Below are positions 14,614 through 28,453 of a DNA stretch of 64,000 bases, piece by piece. Origin of the DNA: Octopus vulgaris (lineage: Eukaryota); assembly GCA_951406725.2 (NCBI GenBank), contig OX597825.1, forward strand, positions 5,518,001-5,582,000. The letters run 5' to 3'. The translations under genes were made by a program, and so were the position numbers. Position 1 is the first letter of the stretch. Each line of letters starts with the position of its first letter. The notes beneath the pieces were generated by a model that was not told the origin of the DNA, ran no database searches, and saw only the letters and a list, made by a program, of their open reading frames with translations.

Positions 14614-14661
14614 GTCTTACAACTGTTTCCGGGATATTTTATAAATCCCTTCATCAGAGAC
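14614..14661 (-). ncRNA. Minimal type I hammerhead ribozyme motif
   Basis: Minus strand: gtct-CTGATGA-agggatttataaaatatcccg-GAAAC-agtt-GTA-agac. Confidence 0.75.
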
Positions 14662-14810
14662 GGTGGGAGGAAATGGTTAAGCATTCTGCTCAAATAATGG
14701 ATCTGCGGATACAATATCCTTACGTATCTCACTTCTGTTTTCTTTCCACCACTTCCTCTGTATTTCATATCTTCCCTACAATAACTATTGCTTAAACATT
14801 TTCTCACACC

Positions 14811-14859
14811 GTCTCTGATGAAGGGATATATAAAATATTCCCGGAAACAGCTGTAAGAC
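14811..14859 (+). ncRNA. Minimal type I hammerhead ribozyme motif
   Basis: gtct-CTGATGA-agggatatataaaatattcccg-GAAAC-agct-GTA-agac: intact core, palindromic AGCT loop III, stem I gtct/agac. Confidence 0.85.
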
Positions 14860-14923
14860 CTTCTTTTTATAAATGTTCTGAAATATTTCATAGCCTTGAA
14901 TTTTTTATTTCATTCTGTTAATA

Positions 14924-14988
<65 letters not shown>

Positions 14989-14991
<3 letters not shown>

Positions 14992-15147
14992 GCCACTACA
15001 CACATATTTTCTCTCTCCTGTGTTCCTTTCTGTGGAAGAGCGTAGGCTCGAAACGTAAAACAATTTTTCTATTCCCGAGCGTTATACTAATACATCTGTT
15101 TGTTTTCTACACGACCTGTCTTCGCCTTTTGTTTTTTCGTGAATTCT

Positions 15148-15150
<3 letters not shown>
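14989..15150 (+). mobile_element. TA-flanked PLE-derived module with an HHR-like motif
   Basis: ttt-CTGTGGA-agagc gtag gctc-GAAAC-GTA-aaa at 15027-15060; tail (actaataca...tcttcgccttttgtttt) shared with minus-strand modules at about 28485-28530 and 32460-32610. Confidence 0.7.
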
Positions 15151-15231
<81 letters not shown>

Positions 15232-15589
15232 GAGTGTATCTCAGTTTCCTTCTACTGCTGAATGCACTTACAAAGCTTTGGCTGTCCTGGGGTTATAGTG
15301 GAAGGCACTTGCCCCAGGTGTACGGCAGCAGAACTGAACCTGGAAGCGTGTTGTCAAAAAGTTACTCAGCAGCCAAATTGATATAAATATTCTTACTTCA
15401 GAGAGAACCACAGGTGTATAGACAAGTTCTTTGTAACAAGGCAAAGCTATCAAACATAATTGCAATTTCGCATTTCCGGATTATATTAAATCTTCTGCAC
15501 CGGAAAATCGTATTTAAGTCTATAACGCACACACACATACGCACACACACAAACACAACCACGCAAACGTATACATACATACATATGTA

Positions 15590-15711
<122 letters not shown>

Positions 15712-15747
15712 CTTATGTTGTGTCTGTTAATATGTACATCTACAGAA

Positions 15748-15838
15748 GCGGCGAGCTGGCAGAAACGTTAGCACGCCGGGCGAAATGCTTAGAGATATTT
15801 CGTCTGCCGCTACGTTCTGAGTTCAAATTCCGTCGAGG
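15748..15838 (+). mobile_element. SINE family A head (3'-truncated)
   Basis: gcggcgagctggcagaaacgttagcac...gagttcaaattccgtcgagg, then an abrupt switch to the PLE fragment. Confidence 0.85.
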
Positions 15839-15839
15839 T

Positions 15840-16165
15840 GGGTAGGAGTGGAGAGAAGAGGAAAGAAGAGTAGGCGTGAAGAGAATTCAGAATCGGAGCG
15901 AGAGAGGAGAGGTTGGTGGGGGAAGTAGGTGTGAGAGGAAGTGAGGAGAAGAGAGGAGGGTTAGAAGAAGAGAGGAGGAGAGTTGAGCCCATGTGGCGCA
16001 AAGCAGGGAAGAGAGAAGATTAATCCTTGTTCACGGCGAAGACGGGAGTCCGGATGGGCCCTGTGCAAGGACAATCCGAACACAGACAGGTGTTGCAAAG
16101 AGTGACAGGTAGAGCGAAAATAGCGCGAGACCGGGGTATCATTGCCGAATCGGATCCATGTGTAC
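15840..16165 (-). mobile_element. 3' end of a second PLE type (GIY-YIG C-terminus, Neptune-like) plus pyrimidine-rich 3' UTR
   Basis: ORF 15961..16209 contains IRFGNDTPVSRYFRSTCHSLQHLSVFGL...RLRREQGLIFSLPCFAPHGLN, matching the PLE endonuclease tail pattern PV..HF...HS...L...EQ.LIF.L....P.GLN. Confidence 0.75.
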
Positions 16166-16807
16166 ACATACACACGTACAAATATACACACGTACATACA
16201 CACACACACTCACGTATATACTTTTAATATCTATACATACCACAAAGTGTAATAAGTTAGACAAATTAATTAAAACGGTTTCATTTCAAAGAATATAATA
16301 TATACGTACGAATATAAATGTACCTTGCTAAATCTATTTACACACAAAAAAATTAAGATATTATACACATGCGTGCGCATATATATTTATATATATATAT
16401 TTATACAGAGAGAAAGAGAACGAGAGAACGAGAGAGACACACACACATGCATGTATGTATGTATGTATGTATGTATATATGTATATATGTATGTATGTAT
16501 GTATGTATGTCTGTATGTATGTATGTATGTATGTATGTATGTATGTATGTATGTATGTATGTATGTATGTATGTATGTGTGTATGTATGTATGTATAATA
16601 TGCATATATTGCCAGTTATGCGTATTTATAACTGCACGAGCTTCCGACCAGACCGATAGCGCTGCATGCGAATTTACAGCAAAGTGGAAGATGAAAAATG
16701 GTTTCGTACGTTCACAGCCGGCCATAAATCTATGCACGTGTTGCTCCGCTGTTAATGATGATTGATAATAGGGCGCTGATGATCATGCTGCTGCTGCCGC
16801 CGCTGCT

Positions 16808-16838
<31 letters not shown>

Positions 16839-17017
16839 TTTATTATGATCATCATCATCATCATCATTATCATGGTCATCATCGTCATCAAGCGGAATTG
16901 ATTTGAAAATAAGAGAAGGTAAACAATGAGGCCTGTGGCATATGTCCCTAGTAGTGACAATGACCACATAAACAAAACCTATCTTAAATAGAACCATTAA
17001 TCACAATAATACATAAA

Positions 17018-17076
<59 letters not shown>

Positions 17077-17295
17077 GTGCATGTGTTGCCTCTAACGGTC
17101 GAAATGGCAATCGTTGTAACAGAGAATGGTGTTGCCAGGGAGACAGGAGAGGTCTTCTTGTTGAATGACGGAGCTGTGATATATAAATATCACCATTGTA
17201 GTATTTCTGTATATAAAAATATAGACAGGTCGGAGTATGAGAAGTGAGGACAGTTTAAAAAACGGCTGCCGATTCGGTGAATCGTTATATATATA

Positions 17296-17489
17296 TCTGA
17301 TTTCAAATTTTGGCACAGGCTCAACAACCTCAGGGAAGGGGTTAAGTCGATTGAAGTGACCCCAGTGTACAACTGATACTTGTTATATCGAACTCCGAAA
17401 GGTTGAAAGCCAAATTCAGAAAGTAGCGACGGACTAAATACCGCTAAGCATTTCGTCCAGCGTGCTAACGTTTCTGCCAGCTCGCAGCC

Positions 17490-17533
<44 letters not shown>

Positions 17534-17766
17534 CTATTTCTTTATTGCCCACAAGGGGCTAAACACAGAGGGGACAAACAAGGACAGACAAACGGATTAA
17601 GTCGATTATATTTACCCCAGTGCGTGACTGGTACTTAATTTATCGACCCCGAAAGGATGAAAGGCAAAGTCGACCTCGGCGGAATTTGAACTCAGAACGT
17701 AACGGCAGACGAAATACCGCTAAGCATCTCGCCCGGCGTGCTAACGATTCTGCCAGCCCGCCGCCT
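17296..17766 (-). mobile_element. Two family A SINEs (degenerate 17296-17491; near-intact A2 17534-17766) separated by (TAA)n
   Basis: Reverse-complement matches to family A. Confidence 0.88.
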
Positions 17767-18358
17767 GAAATAGAATTAATGATAGTAGTTGATTGATATT
17801 CTTATATTTTCTTCATCACGTTAATTATTCATCGTTACCTGTAACGTTTCCTGTATTAAATATGCTAACACCAACGTAATTCTTGTTTTGAAACAGCTCT
17901 CTGTAGACAGGTAGCTAATTGGCAGGATCGCTAAATCATCAACTGAAATGTTCTACAATAATTTTACTGAGCCCTCTCTGAGTTCAAGTACCGCTCCGGT
18001 CACCGTTTCCTCTTATCATTTCAAAGTCGCTAAATAAAATTCCAGTCAAATACTGGGATTCATCTCTCGCACACTCTTTTCTCTCACTGCCTTTCTCTCG
18101 CCCCTCTCTCTCGCCCCTTCTCTGGAAGAAATCAGCTGTGGTCAGATATGAAAGAGGATCGATCTTACCAGGGTTAAATGCCCAAGACACAGGCCAAAGG
18201 TCCACATGCAGCTGGTGACGATTGTCAAAGATGTATGCATAATGCGTGAAGTGGAAGAGGTGCTATCAGACCACCCTTATTATCGTACAGTATTTACATA
18301 TACTCTGGATTCAAAATCTATCGGAGCTCCATTTTTTCTGTTTCTCTCTGCCCTACCC

Positions 18359-18414
<56 letters not shown>

Positions 18415-18495
18415 CTATCTCCCTCTCTTTCTCCATCCTTCTCTCTTTCCCTCTCTTTCCCCGCTTTTTTCTGTGTTTATGTATATAAAGTTAGC

Positions 18496-18562
<67 letters not shown>

Positions 18563-18750
18563 TAGCATATATATATATATACATACATATATATATAAAG
18601 TTAGCATATATATATATACTTTTTTTAAAGGGTTGTATGTAGATTCGTCCTTTAATCGGAGTAGTTTCCAAAAGAAAAATTCCGTAAGAACACAATACCA
18701 ATATAATTCTAAAGTCCACCTTTCTCTTTATTTAGTTATTATTTTTTCTT

Positions 18751-18828
18751 ATTACTGATGACTACTCTTTGACAACTCAGATTCTTAAAATGAATTTATT
18801 GTCTTTCTGTACGAAACGATCGTATAGC
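18751..18828 (+). ncRNA. Type I hammerhead ribozyme motif in a TA-flanked module (about 18618-18925)
   Basis: atta-CTGATGA-ctac...gtac-GAAAC-gatc-GTA-tag; palindromic GATC loop III. Confidence 0.7.
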
Positions 18829-18937
18829 GAATTGAATAAATATCTTATCCCATATTAACATCTAATCTTCACCGTTTATAAAAAATCATTGAATTTGTCG
18901 AACTTCGTTCTATATCTTAAATCATATATTTAATACA

Positions 18938-19008
<71 letters not shown>

Positions 19009-19046
19009 ATGTATATATATATATATATACATATATACAGACACAC

Positions 19047-19138
<92 letters not shown>

Positions 19139-19744
19139 CTGTATATATGTATATATATATATATATACATACACACGCATATATGTATGTATGTATGTAG
19201 ATATATATTGCACATATATAAATTATGTACACGCGCAAACACTCCCACACACACACCAAAAAAGAACAACCGCACAACAGATTAATATTCTTTCATTCTC
19301 CCTCCCCACCTCGTTTATCTTTCCAGGTAAACGAAGATTAATTGTCACTTATGCTTGTCTGTGTGTCTCTCCATCACCCCCTTTTCCAATCTTCAACCAG
19401 CACCTTTACGCCCCTCTCACTATCACTCACTCTCAAAGTTCCTCCTCTTCTTTCTGTCACTACTACCCACAGCAACCAGCATCACACCTTCCTCCCTGCC
19501 ACTTCTCTCCCAACACCACTAACAGTACTTCATCATCCTCCTCCTCCTACCATTACAACTACCACTTCCCCCACCTCCACCACCACCGCTATCACACTCT
19601 TCTTCTCATCACGATACCTCCCTCCGCTTCTTGCCTCCACCAACCCCCTTATCATCAATGCTACACTCACTCACATCACCACCCCTTACCCTCTTTTTCA
19701 ACACCACCTCGCACTCTCACTCCCATTTCCACACCCCCTTTACT

Positions 19745-19776
<32 letters not shown>

Positions 19777-19864
19777 CACCATATTAATAGTTTTTCTCCT
19801 CTTCGCCTTTCTCAGACTCTCTCTTTCTTTCTCTCACTTGCTCTCTCGGTCTCTCAGTCTCTTT

Positions 19865-20273
19865 CTCTTTTACTCTTACTCTTTTACTCTTTTACTTGTT
19901 TCAGTCATTTGACTGCGGCCATGCTGGAGCACCACCTTTAGTCAAGCAAATCGACACCAGGACTTATCCTTTGTAAGCCTAGTACTTATTCTATCGGTCT
20001 CTTTTGCCGAACCGCTAACTTACGGGGACGTAAACACACCATCATCGGTTGTCAAGCGATGTTGGGGAGACAAACACAGACACACACACACACATATATA
20101 TGTATATACATATACGACGAGCTTCTTTTCAGTTTCCGTCTACCAAATCCACTCACAAGGCTTTGGTCGGCCCGAGGCTATAGTAGAAGATACTTGCCCA
20201 AGGTGCCACGCAGTGGAACTGAACCCGGAACCATGTAGATCGTAAGCAAGCTACTTACCACACAGCCACTCCT
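19865..20273 (-). mobile_element. SINE family B, full length
   Basis: Highly similar to 13980-14381; (gagtaaaa)n tail. Confidence 0.92.
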
Positions 20274-20334
20274 TTCTTAGTGTCTTGTTCTCCTTTCCGC
20301 TTTCTGATTGCTTTTTTTGCCACACTCTTTCAAG

Positions 20335-20610
20335 GTGCGTTTATATGGTCATCAACTTCCTAGAAAGAACAGCTAAAATCCCTCAAACCTTACCCTACTG
20401 TCATAAAACAGCACAGACACGCCTAATCCTAGATTTTTAAAAAGTTGGGTTGATCATATTTTTGACCATAGCCCTGCTCGTTCAGGTCTGACTGGAGATA
20501 ACCGATATCTTCGCATTAGAGAGCCAACAAGGAAGCCTGTATGTGTTTATCTGACTTATTGACTGCTATAAAAAGCAGTCAAATCTCCCCCAAGTCAGAC
20601 CCAAAGAAAT
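20335..20610 (+). repeat. Old dispersed repeat (family E); other copies at about 33055-33125 (-) and 60640-60870 (+)
   Basis: Shared tggtc.ttcaact..ctagaaa.a.cag..aaa..tccc motif between the copies. Confidence 0.55.
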
Positions 20611-21113
20611 ACATATTAGATAATTGAAGGCCGAGATACACTGAATCTAAATAAGAAAAGACAATATGGTCTTTTATGGGGATAGCATTTGCCTGTCTTT
20701 AAGTTTAGTATTATATCTTGGAAGTTAGCTGCAGTTAGCTTGTAATTAATTATTGTGATTATACAAAACTCTTCAAATTTTCCTATTAAATATTTCCTCA
20801 ATATTATTTATGGAGTGAACATTCATATTGCTTTAGGCTGCTAAACCACCATCTCTGTACTAATCAGATGTGCTTTCGGAAGGTATAACGGTTATCCTAC
20901 AAGGTATTTTGCATCAGCTTCCTTCAAAGCCCTCCATTATGACATCGGAAATAAAATAGCTACTCTTATTAGTTTTTTTTTTTTATTTACCTTTTATTTA
21001 CCCGACGAGACAAACAGGAACTTCCTAGCATATATTATGATCTTGTTATCTATAACAGTAATTGTGATGAATTCGCTCCCAATATTCAAGGCTTTCAAGG
21101 GTGAATCTGTAGA

Positions 21114-21518
21114 ATGTTCTTTTCTACTCTAGGCACAAGGTCCGAAATTTTGGAGGAGGGCGGCCAATCGATTAGATCGACCTCAGTATGCAACTGGTAC
21201 TTAATTTATCGTCCCCGAAAGGATGAAAGGCAAAGTCGACCTCGGCGGAATTTGAACTCAGAACTTCAAGACAGACGAAATACCTATTTCTTTACTACCC
21301 ACAAGGGGCTAAACACAGAGAGGACAAACAAGGACAGACAAACGGATTAAGTCGATTATATCGACCCCAGTGCGTAACTGGTACTTATTTTAATTGACTC
21401 CGAAAGGATGAAAAGCAAAGTCAACCTCGGCGGAATTAGAACTCAGAACGTAACGGCAGACGAAATACCGTTAAGTATTTCGCCCAGCGTGCTAACGTTT
21501 CTGCCAGCTCGCCGCCTA
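21114..21518 (-). mobile_element. Dimeric family A SINE (full A2 monomer plus 5'-truncated A1 monomer) with 11-bp TSD
   Basis: gaatctgtaga at 21103-21113 and 21519-21529 flanks both monomers. Confidence 0.9.
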
Positions 21519-21965
21519 GAATCTGTAGACTATTGCGATGTTAATGCTGTGAAAGTAATTGATAACGACATCTTTGCAGGTCTACTTGTCAAGTCACGTG
21601 ATGCTTTAAATCTTGAGTTTGATAGCATCGGAAATAACCCTTCTAATTCTTTTCATTTATTGTTCTAAATTTTGTGGAATTCTATGAAGAAATATTGTAT
21701 TGACAACGAGTGCTTGTCTACCATGGAGCCCATAGAAAGCCACTGCAGTGGATTAAATGCTTCTCGACAAACAGAACCGAATATCTAGCAATCGAGGAAA
21801 TTTCTTTAAATTTCTCTGAAAAGTCATTCGTGAAGTTCCTCGAGATACTGTGTTAGACTCATTTTTGTATATTATTGGCATAAATAGCTTTTTGCAAATG
21901 TTATGAAACACAGCAAAAATATTAGCACATGACTATAATCCCCAGAAAGACGTCAAAGTGATATG

Positions 21966-22025
21966 AACTCCAATCTGAACAGAACTCCAATCTGATCCAA
22001 ACCGAACAGAGCTCCAATCTGATCT
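21966..22025. repeat. Short minisatellite (gaactccaatctga x3)
   Basis: Three imperfect copies visible. Confidence 0.8.
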
Positions 22026-22671
22026 ATGCGCTGCGAAAAACAACATACTGCTAAACGAGTAATTTTAGTCCATGATCTTTGGAAGAGAGAGAGAGAGAGA
22101 GAGAGAGTAATTCAAAAGCTGCGGGGAAGCTTCTCGTGATATTATATAACATGGAGGATTTAACTATAAATGTGGACAACAGCTTAAGTTGGAGAGTGTA
22201 CCTCAACAATAAAATCTATATACTGTCCACATTATACAAACGAAGCCCGAACCAAGTTCATCACTGACGCAAGATTGGGGCCCCGTGCCATACATTCCCA
22301 ACAAAAATCGATCTCACATCACATAACATTGCTACACAATTTTATTTTACCTCAACTATTTTTGTTTTATTCACCTTTATGGTGAGATCAAACCAGAAAA
22401 AGACCCCGTAACATAACATTCAAACGATACCTGGACAATTTCCTCCAAGAAATACCACACAAATCGCCGACACCCGGATACACTTCGGCAAGCAACAACT
22501 CAGTACGCGGGTGGGATATGATATTCCAATACATGACTTAAAATTTGATCGACTAATGGCGGTGCTCCAGCATGGAGTCAAATGGCTGAAACAACTAAAA
22601 GAATAAATGTGTGTATATGTATGTGTATATATGTAAGTACGTATGCTTGTATATGTGTATATAAGTACTTA

Positions 22672-22769
<98 letters not shown>

Positions 22770-22806
22770 ATATATATAGAGAGAGATAGATAGATAGATA
22801 GATAGA

Positions 22807-22849
<43 letters not shown>

Positions 22850-23193
22850 ATGTATTTATGAATATATATATGTATATATATGTATATTATATATATATGT
22901 ATTTATGAATATATATATACATACATATATATATATATGCATGAGTGTCTGTCTGTGTCTGTCTGTGTGTGTATGTATGTAAACAAACGCTCACACACAC
23001 ACATACACACATACACACACATGCAGACAACCTTTTAACCGATGTGTCCTTTCCCTTACACCCATTGTTTGCCTGTTTCCCTTCTAGCCCTTCGCGCCCT
23101 TTTCTTCAACCTCACCCCCACCACCCCCACCACCACCTACACCACCACCACTACAACCAATATCACCCCTTCCTCCCTTACACCCCCCGCCCC

Positions 23194-23232
<39 letters not shown>

Positions 23233-23684
23233 CCCTTTATACTATTTATATAATTATGCCGTCTGCGCATTCGAGCCCGCCCCTCCCGCCTACACTAGTC
23301 TCTGTTTAGTCACTGCCCACCCCTTCCCCGTTTCCCCCACACTTGTTCAGTTTCTACCTCGGTTTACTGCACTCAGCCGACCTTTAATGAATCGCCTAGA
23401 TACCTGTTGCACACTACTCACACGTACTCAACTGCGTACACCTCGTCGCCACTGCTTACATGCAGACAAGCACTTGTAAATTGCACGCGCGTCTCTCTAT
23501 GTACAAACGCACACACACACACAAATACGCACACACAAACGCACACATGTATATGAATATGTATTTATATGCATACATAAGTATGTTCGAATACATATAC
23601 GCTATAAATGCTATATATATGTATGTATATGTATATGTATATGTATTAATTTATTCGAATATATTATACTGTACAAGAACCTTT

Positions 23685-23841
<157 letters not shown>

Positions 23842-23897
23842 TATATAATATATATATATATCTATCTATATCTATATATAATATATATCTATCTATA

Positions 23898-23942
<45 letters not shown>

Positions 23943-24134
23943 GTGCCTGTGTATGTCCACCACAACTACCACCACCACTGCCATCGCTTGGCCACCAATG
24001 TTGGTGTGTTTACGTACCTGTAACTTAGCAGTTCGGCAGAGGGGCTCGATAGAGCAAGTACTTGGCTTACAAAGAATAAATTCTTGGGTCGATTTGGTCG
24101 ACTAAATGCTGTGCTCCTGCATGAGCGCAGTCAA

Positions 24135-25158
24135 TTTCATATTTTTTCTTTCGCGCATGCACATTGTTTGTTTTTGATTTTGTCGACTACACAGTATAGT
24201 AGGGTCAGTTGGGCACGATCTGTGTGAAAAACAGCACCAGAAATTTGGAAACGACATGCTGCACAGCTTGGTATTCGTGCCGGAGGCTCCAATACGAATA
24301 TTTCAGAGTGTTTGGGTGCCAATCTGAGGACAGTGCAATGTGAGGACATGTACCGAGAGTGATAAAAATCAAACATCTAGCTAATATCGTGGTGTTTAGA
24401 GTGATCACTAGTGATGGCGCCGTTATGCCTCCATTCATCGCCCCACATGAGCTCAGACTGAAAAACAGCACCAGAAATTTGGAAACGACATGCTGCACAG
24501 CTTGGCATTCGTGCCGGAGGCTCCAATACGAATATTTCAGAGTGTTGGGTGCCAATCTGAGGACAGTGCAATGTGAGGACATGTACCGAGAGTGATAAAA
24601 ATCAAACATCTAGCTAATATCGTGGTGTTTAGAGTGATCACTAGTGATGGCGCCGTTATGCCTCCATTCATCACCCCACATGAGCTCAGACTGAATACGG
24701 AGGCCCACATAATGTGCGTGAGTCAAGAGGGTGGCCTGGGTCAAGAGGGTGGCTGCTGGAAGACCCTATGTCTGGAAACAGGACTCTACACCATACCACA
24801 CAAGCAGTAGAACCCAGCCATGGTTGTCAGACAATTTCTGCGACCACTTCCCCTATAACATCTGGCCACCTAACTCCCCAGACTGCAAACCCCTGGGTTA
24901 TTATCAGTGGGGAGTAGTTGAGCAAGAGACCAACAAAACTCCTTGTAACGCCAAAGATGAACTGAAGGCAAGGATTATGGCAGTATTCCTCTGGAGGTCA
25001 TGGTTAAAGCCCATGGTGATTTTATTGAATAAATTTACTCTTTAGTATTTCAAGATATCTGTATGCAATTTTGGTAAATATATTTGTTAAAATGAGATGT
25101 CAGTGTTATTTTCATTTTTCTATAACTTAGACAACAGTTCATTCACCAAACCCTGTAT
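24135..25158 (+). mobile_element. Defective Tc1/mariner-superfamily transposon, DD37D (maT-like)
   Basis: VITSDGAVMPPFI...WVKRVAAGRPYVWKQDSTPYHTS...WPPNSPDCKPLGYYQWG; 37 residues between the second D and the third catalytic position (here G); right end ...ttcaccaaaccctg|TA; left end truncated. Confidence 0.88.
24225..24691. repeat. 234-bp direct tandem duplication inside the DD37D element
   Basis: 24225-24458 and 24459-24691 are near-identical; TGAA microhomology at the junctions. Confidence 0.95.
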
Positions 25159-25167
25159 ATACATACA

Positions 25168-25252
<85 letters not shown>

Positions 25253-25327
25253 ATATATATATATATATTATGTATATGTATAATATAAAGTTACATAGTA
25301 CATACATAGACATATACATAAACATGT

Positions 25328-25364
<37 letters not shown>

Positions 25365-25488
25365 TATATATTATTATATATATATGTATGCATATATAAA
25401 TATTAATATATGTATGTGTATGCGTGTATATACATTTATGCATATACACATACATATATATATTTATATACAAACATACACATACACA

Positions 25489-25519
<31 letters not shown>

Positions 25520-25557
25520 ACACATGTATGTATATATAGACTATATACAATAGTGAG

Positions 25558-25644
<87 letters not shown>

Positions 25645-25854
25645 CATACAGATGGAAAGATAGATACAGAACGATAGAGAGAAATCCATCATTCATCTGC
25701 ATGCAATTATAACGAGCAAGCCTTAAACATATTCACCCATTCATACTTTCATATCTAGAGACATGCGCAGTCAAGAGAAACTCCATATTACTCACAAGTA
25801 TCCGTCAACATAGAAATGTGTACAAACTCGTGTTTTCTTCACACAGCCAGGGAA

Positions 25855-25892
<38 letters not shown>

Positions 25893-26480
25893 CACACACA
25901 CACACACACATAGACACACACACACACACACACATATATATGCACAAACCCATCTGTACACATGCACCGATACGCATCGCATGCAAATTGCTTCTAGCCT
26001 TTGTGACTCATTCGTTGCTAGGCAACCTACCGGTGTTCGTCTCGTGCTTCAACAGGTAATAATCCAGAGAGAACACTCTACATAATTATGTTTAATCATC
26101 AGCAGGTGTGAACTGAACTTTTAAGGCCTTTCATAAACAGGCAAAATACACATGCGAATCCATTTCAGGTGTGCAACACACACACACACACACACACACT
26201 TATTGATGCATGTTTATCTATAAAGGCTGAGAGCTAGGGAGAGACAGACAAACAGACTGACAGACGGACACAGGGAAGAGAGCGGGAAGAGAGAGGAAAG
26301 ACAGAAGTGTGTCCGAGACAGAGCAGAAATGGATGGGTCATCCTTAGAAACAATAGGATAATATTCAAATAAAAATAATATTTAAGCTTTACAATTTAAT
26401 TGTTCGTGAAGTCAATTTTCTTTCATCGGATATTAATCTTCTTGGTTTTCTAAGAATATAAGATACATACATACATATAC

Positions 26481-26519
<39 letters not shown>

Positions 26520-26524
<5 letters not shown>

Positions 26525-26741
26525 TTAATAAGGGTGAGAGAATTAGATACTAATTTAATAGTATATCTATTCTACACCAAGTGGCCTAGTGCTCCGAGAA
26601 ACCTGGATTATTATAATATTTTATAATATATTATAATATTTTTACAAAATAAATATAAGAGAGTGGTCACTATATGGCTCACTATTAATCCAAACCTTTT
26701 GGATTAACTGGTGCTAGAGTGATATAGTGACCACTCTCTTA

Positions 26742-26747
<6 letters not shown>
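26520..26747. mobile_element. TA-flanked fold-back module
   Basis: 26-bp perfect inverted repeat 26650-26675 / 26722-26747 enclosing an inner hairpin ttaatccaaa..tttggattaa; left arm extended to (TA)n. Confidence 0.7.
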
Positions 26748-26809
<62 letters not shown>

Positions 26810-27058
26810 ATATATAATTATATATATATATATTTATATATATATGATACATTTGTATTATATATATATATATATATATACATACATATATATATATAAT
26901 AGAAGTGTATTATATATGTTTTTTATGTTTTATTTATATTCTTTATAATATTAATGTAGAATATAGAATATATAGTATAAATAATATATATATAGTAAAA
27001 TGAAATGAAGTATTGATTGGTCTTATTGAACAGATGAAATGTTGAATATAAAATATTA

Positions 27059-27104
27059 GGGGACGAGTATACTTTCATGCGTTATAGCAGTCTTCAAGGT
27101 CCCA
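27059..27104 (-). ncRNA. Degenerate hammerhead ribozyme motif
   Basis: Minus strand: ggac-CTTGAAGA-ctgc tataac gcat-GAAAG-tata-CTC-gtcc; one extra base in the core; G-C swap in stem III. Confidence 0.55.
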
Positions 27105-27426
27105 GGTTGTGCATATATATTGTAGGGACGGTTCGGGGCCAGATTATCACTGTAGTACTTCAAGCGAGTACCTGGTTAACTGCGTGATTAAAAAAGAGTA
27201 TCAACAATACACCCCATTAATCAGCTAATAAATGCATCATTCATTAATTCATTCAGTCATTCATTCATTAGTTAATTAATTAATAATCAAGTACTCAGTC
27301 AATCCAAGGTGTGCATAGAAACGCTTTGTTTAACATTGAGCGCAGAGTAATTAGTAATAACCATAATAATATTTTCATATAATAATATATAACATATATA
27401 TATATATATATATACATATATATAAG

Positions 27427-27458
<32 letters not shown>

Positions 27459-27537
27459 TATAAGTATATACATATATGTATATATATATATGTTTGTGTG
27501 TATATATATAAATACATACATACACATACATACATAA

Positions 27538-27593
<56 letters not shown>

Positions 27594-27596
27594 TTA

Positions 27597-27638
<42 letters not shown>

Positions 27639-28031
27639 CGGTATTACAGTTTGCGATGCACATAATAAATGTTATACACGTCGTTTCATACATATTCACA
27701 TACATACTCATACTCACACACACACATACAAACATATATCTGTGACTGAGTGAGTGTGTGTGTGTGCGCGCGCGTGTATGCGTATAAGGCCGACTTTGTT
27801 TAAAAGCTCACTTTGCAATCATGATGTGCCAAGTTCGATCCCATGGTGTGACAACTCCGACAAAACTCATTTTCTGCAACCCATACAATATGAGAGATTT
27901 TGTGTAGGCAGAAACTATAGAAACCTGTTGTGTCCGCTTGTATGTTAAAAACTGAACAGATAATTCACTTTATACATCTACTGGGTCCTCATCGTACAAC
28001 CCACACAGACACACAGGCACGTACGCACACA

Positions 28032-28101
<70 letters not shown>

Positions 28102-28223
28102 AGTGTCTATGCTGGAGTGAAGGCAGCATGTTCTTTGTTTATCTCCTAGACTTCTTGGCTATTTTACGTATAATTACACTAATGTGTCTATCTGTCTTAA
28201 TTTAATTAAACTCTGTGTCTTTC

Positions 28224-28310
28224 TGCAGCTGAGGATTGCTCTGCATTTTAAATTGATGTAATGGTTGGATTGTTCAATTAAATGGAGTTGCATGAAACAA
28301 TCGTACTGCA
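28224..28310 (+). ncRNA. Type I hammerhead ribozyme motif with extended stem II
   Basis: tgcag-CTGAGGA-ttgc...long hairpin...gcat-GAAAC-aatc-GTA-ctgca; 5-bp stem I; (TA)n begins about 40 bp downstream. Confidence 0.8.
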
Positions 28311-28342
28311 TTAACTCTTGATATGCTTGTTGCGTATTTTGA

Positions 28343-28453
<111 letters not shown>

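Larger units (their letters stand above)
14548..14922. mobile_element. TA-flanked element with about 135-bp inverted arms, each carrying an HHR (PLE inverted-pLTR-like)
   Basis: 14548-14684 is the approximate reverse complement of 14789-14922; about 100-bp spacer; TA runs on both sides. Confidence 0.85.

Noticed and set aside
18485-18620. CRISPR-like regularly spaced repeats (tataaagttagca x3; also tatttatgaata x3 at about 22670-22910)
   Set aside because: Spacers are (TA)n slippage products; eukaryotic context with no cas genes.
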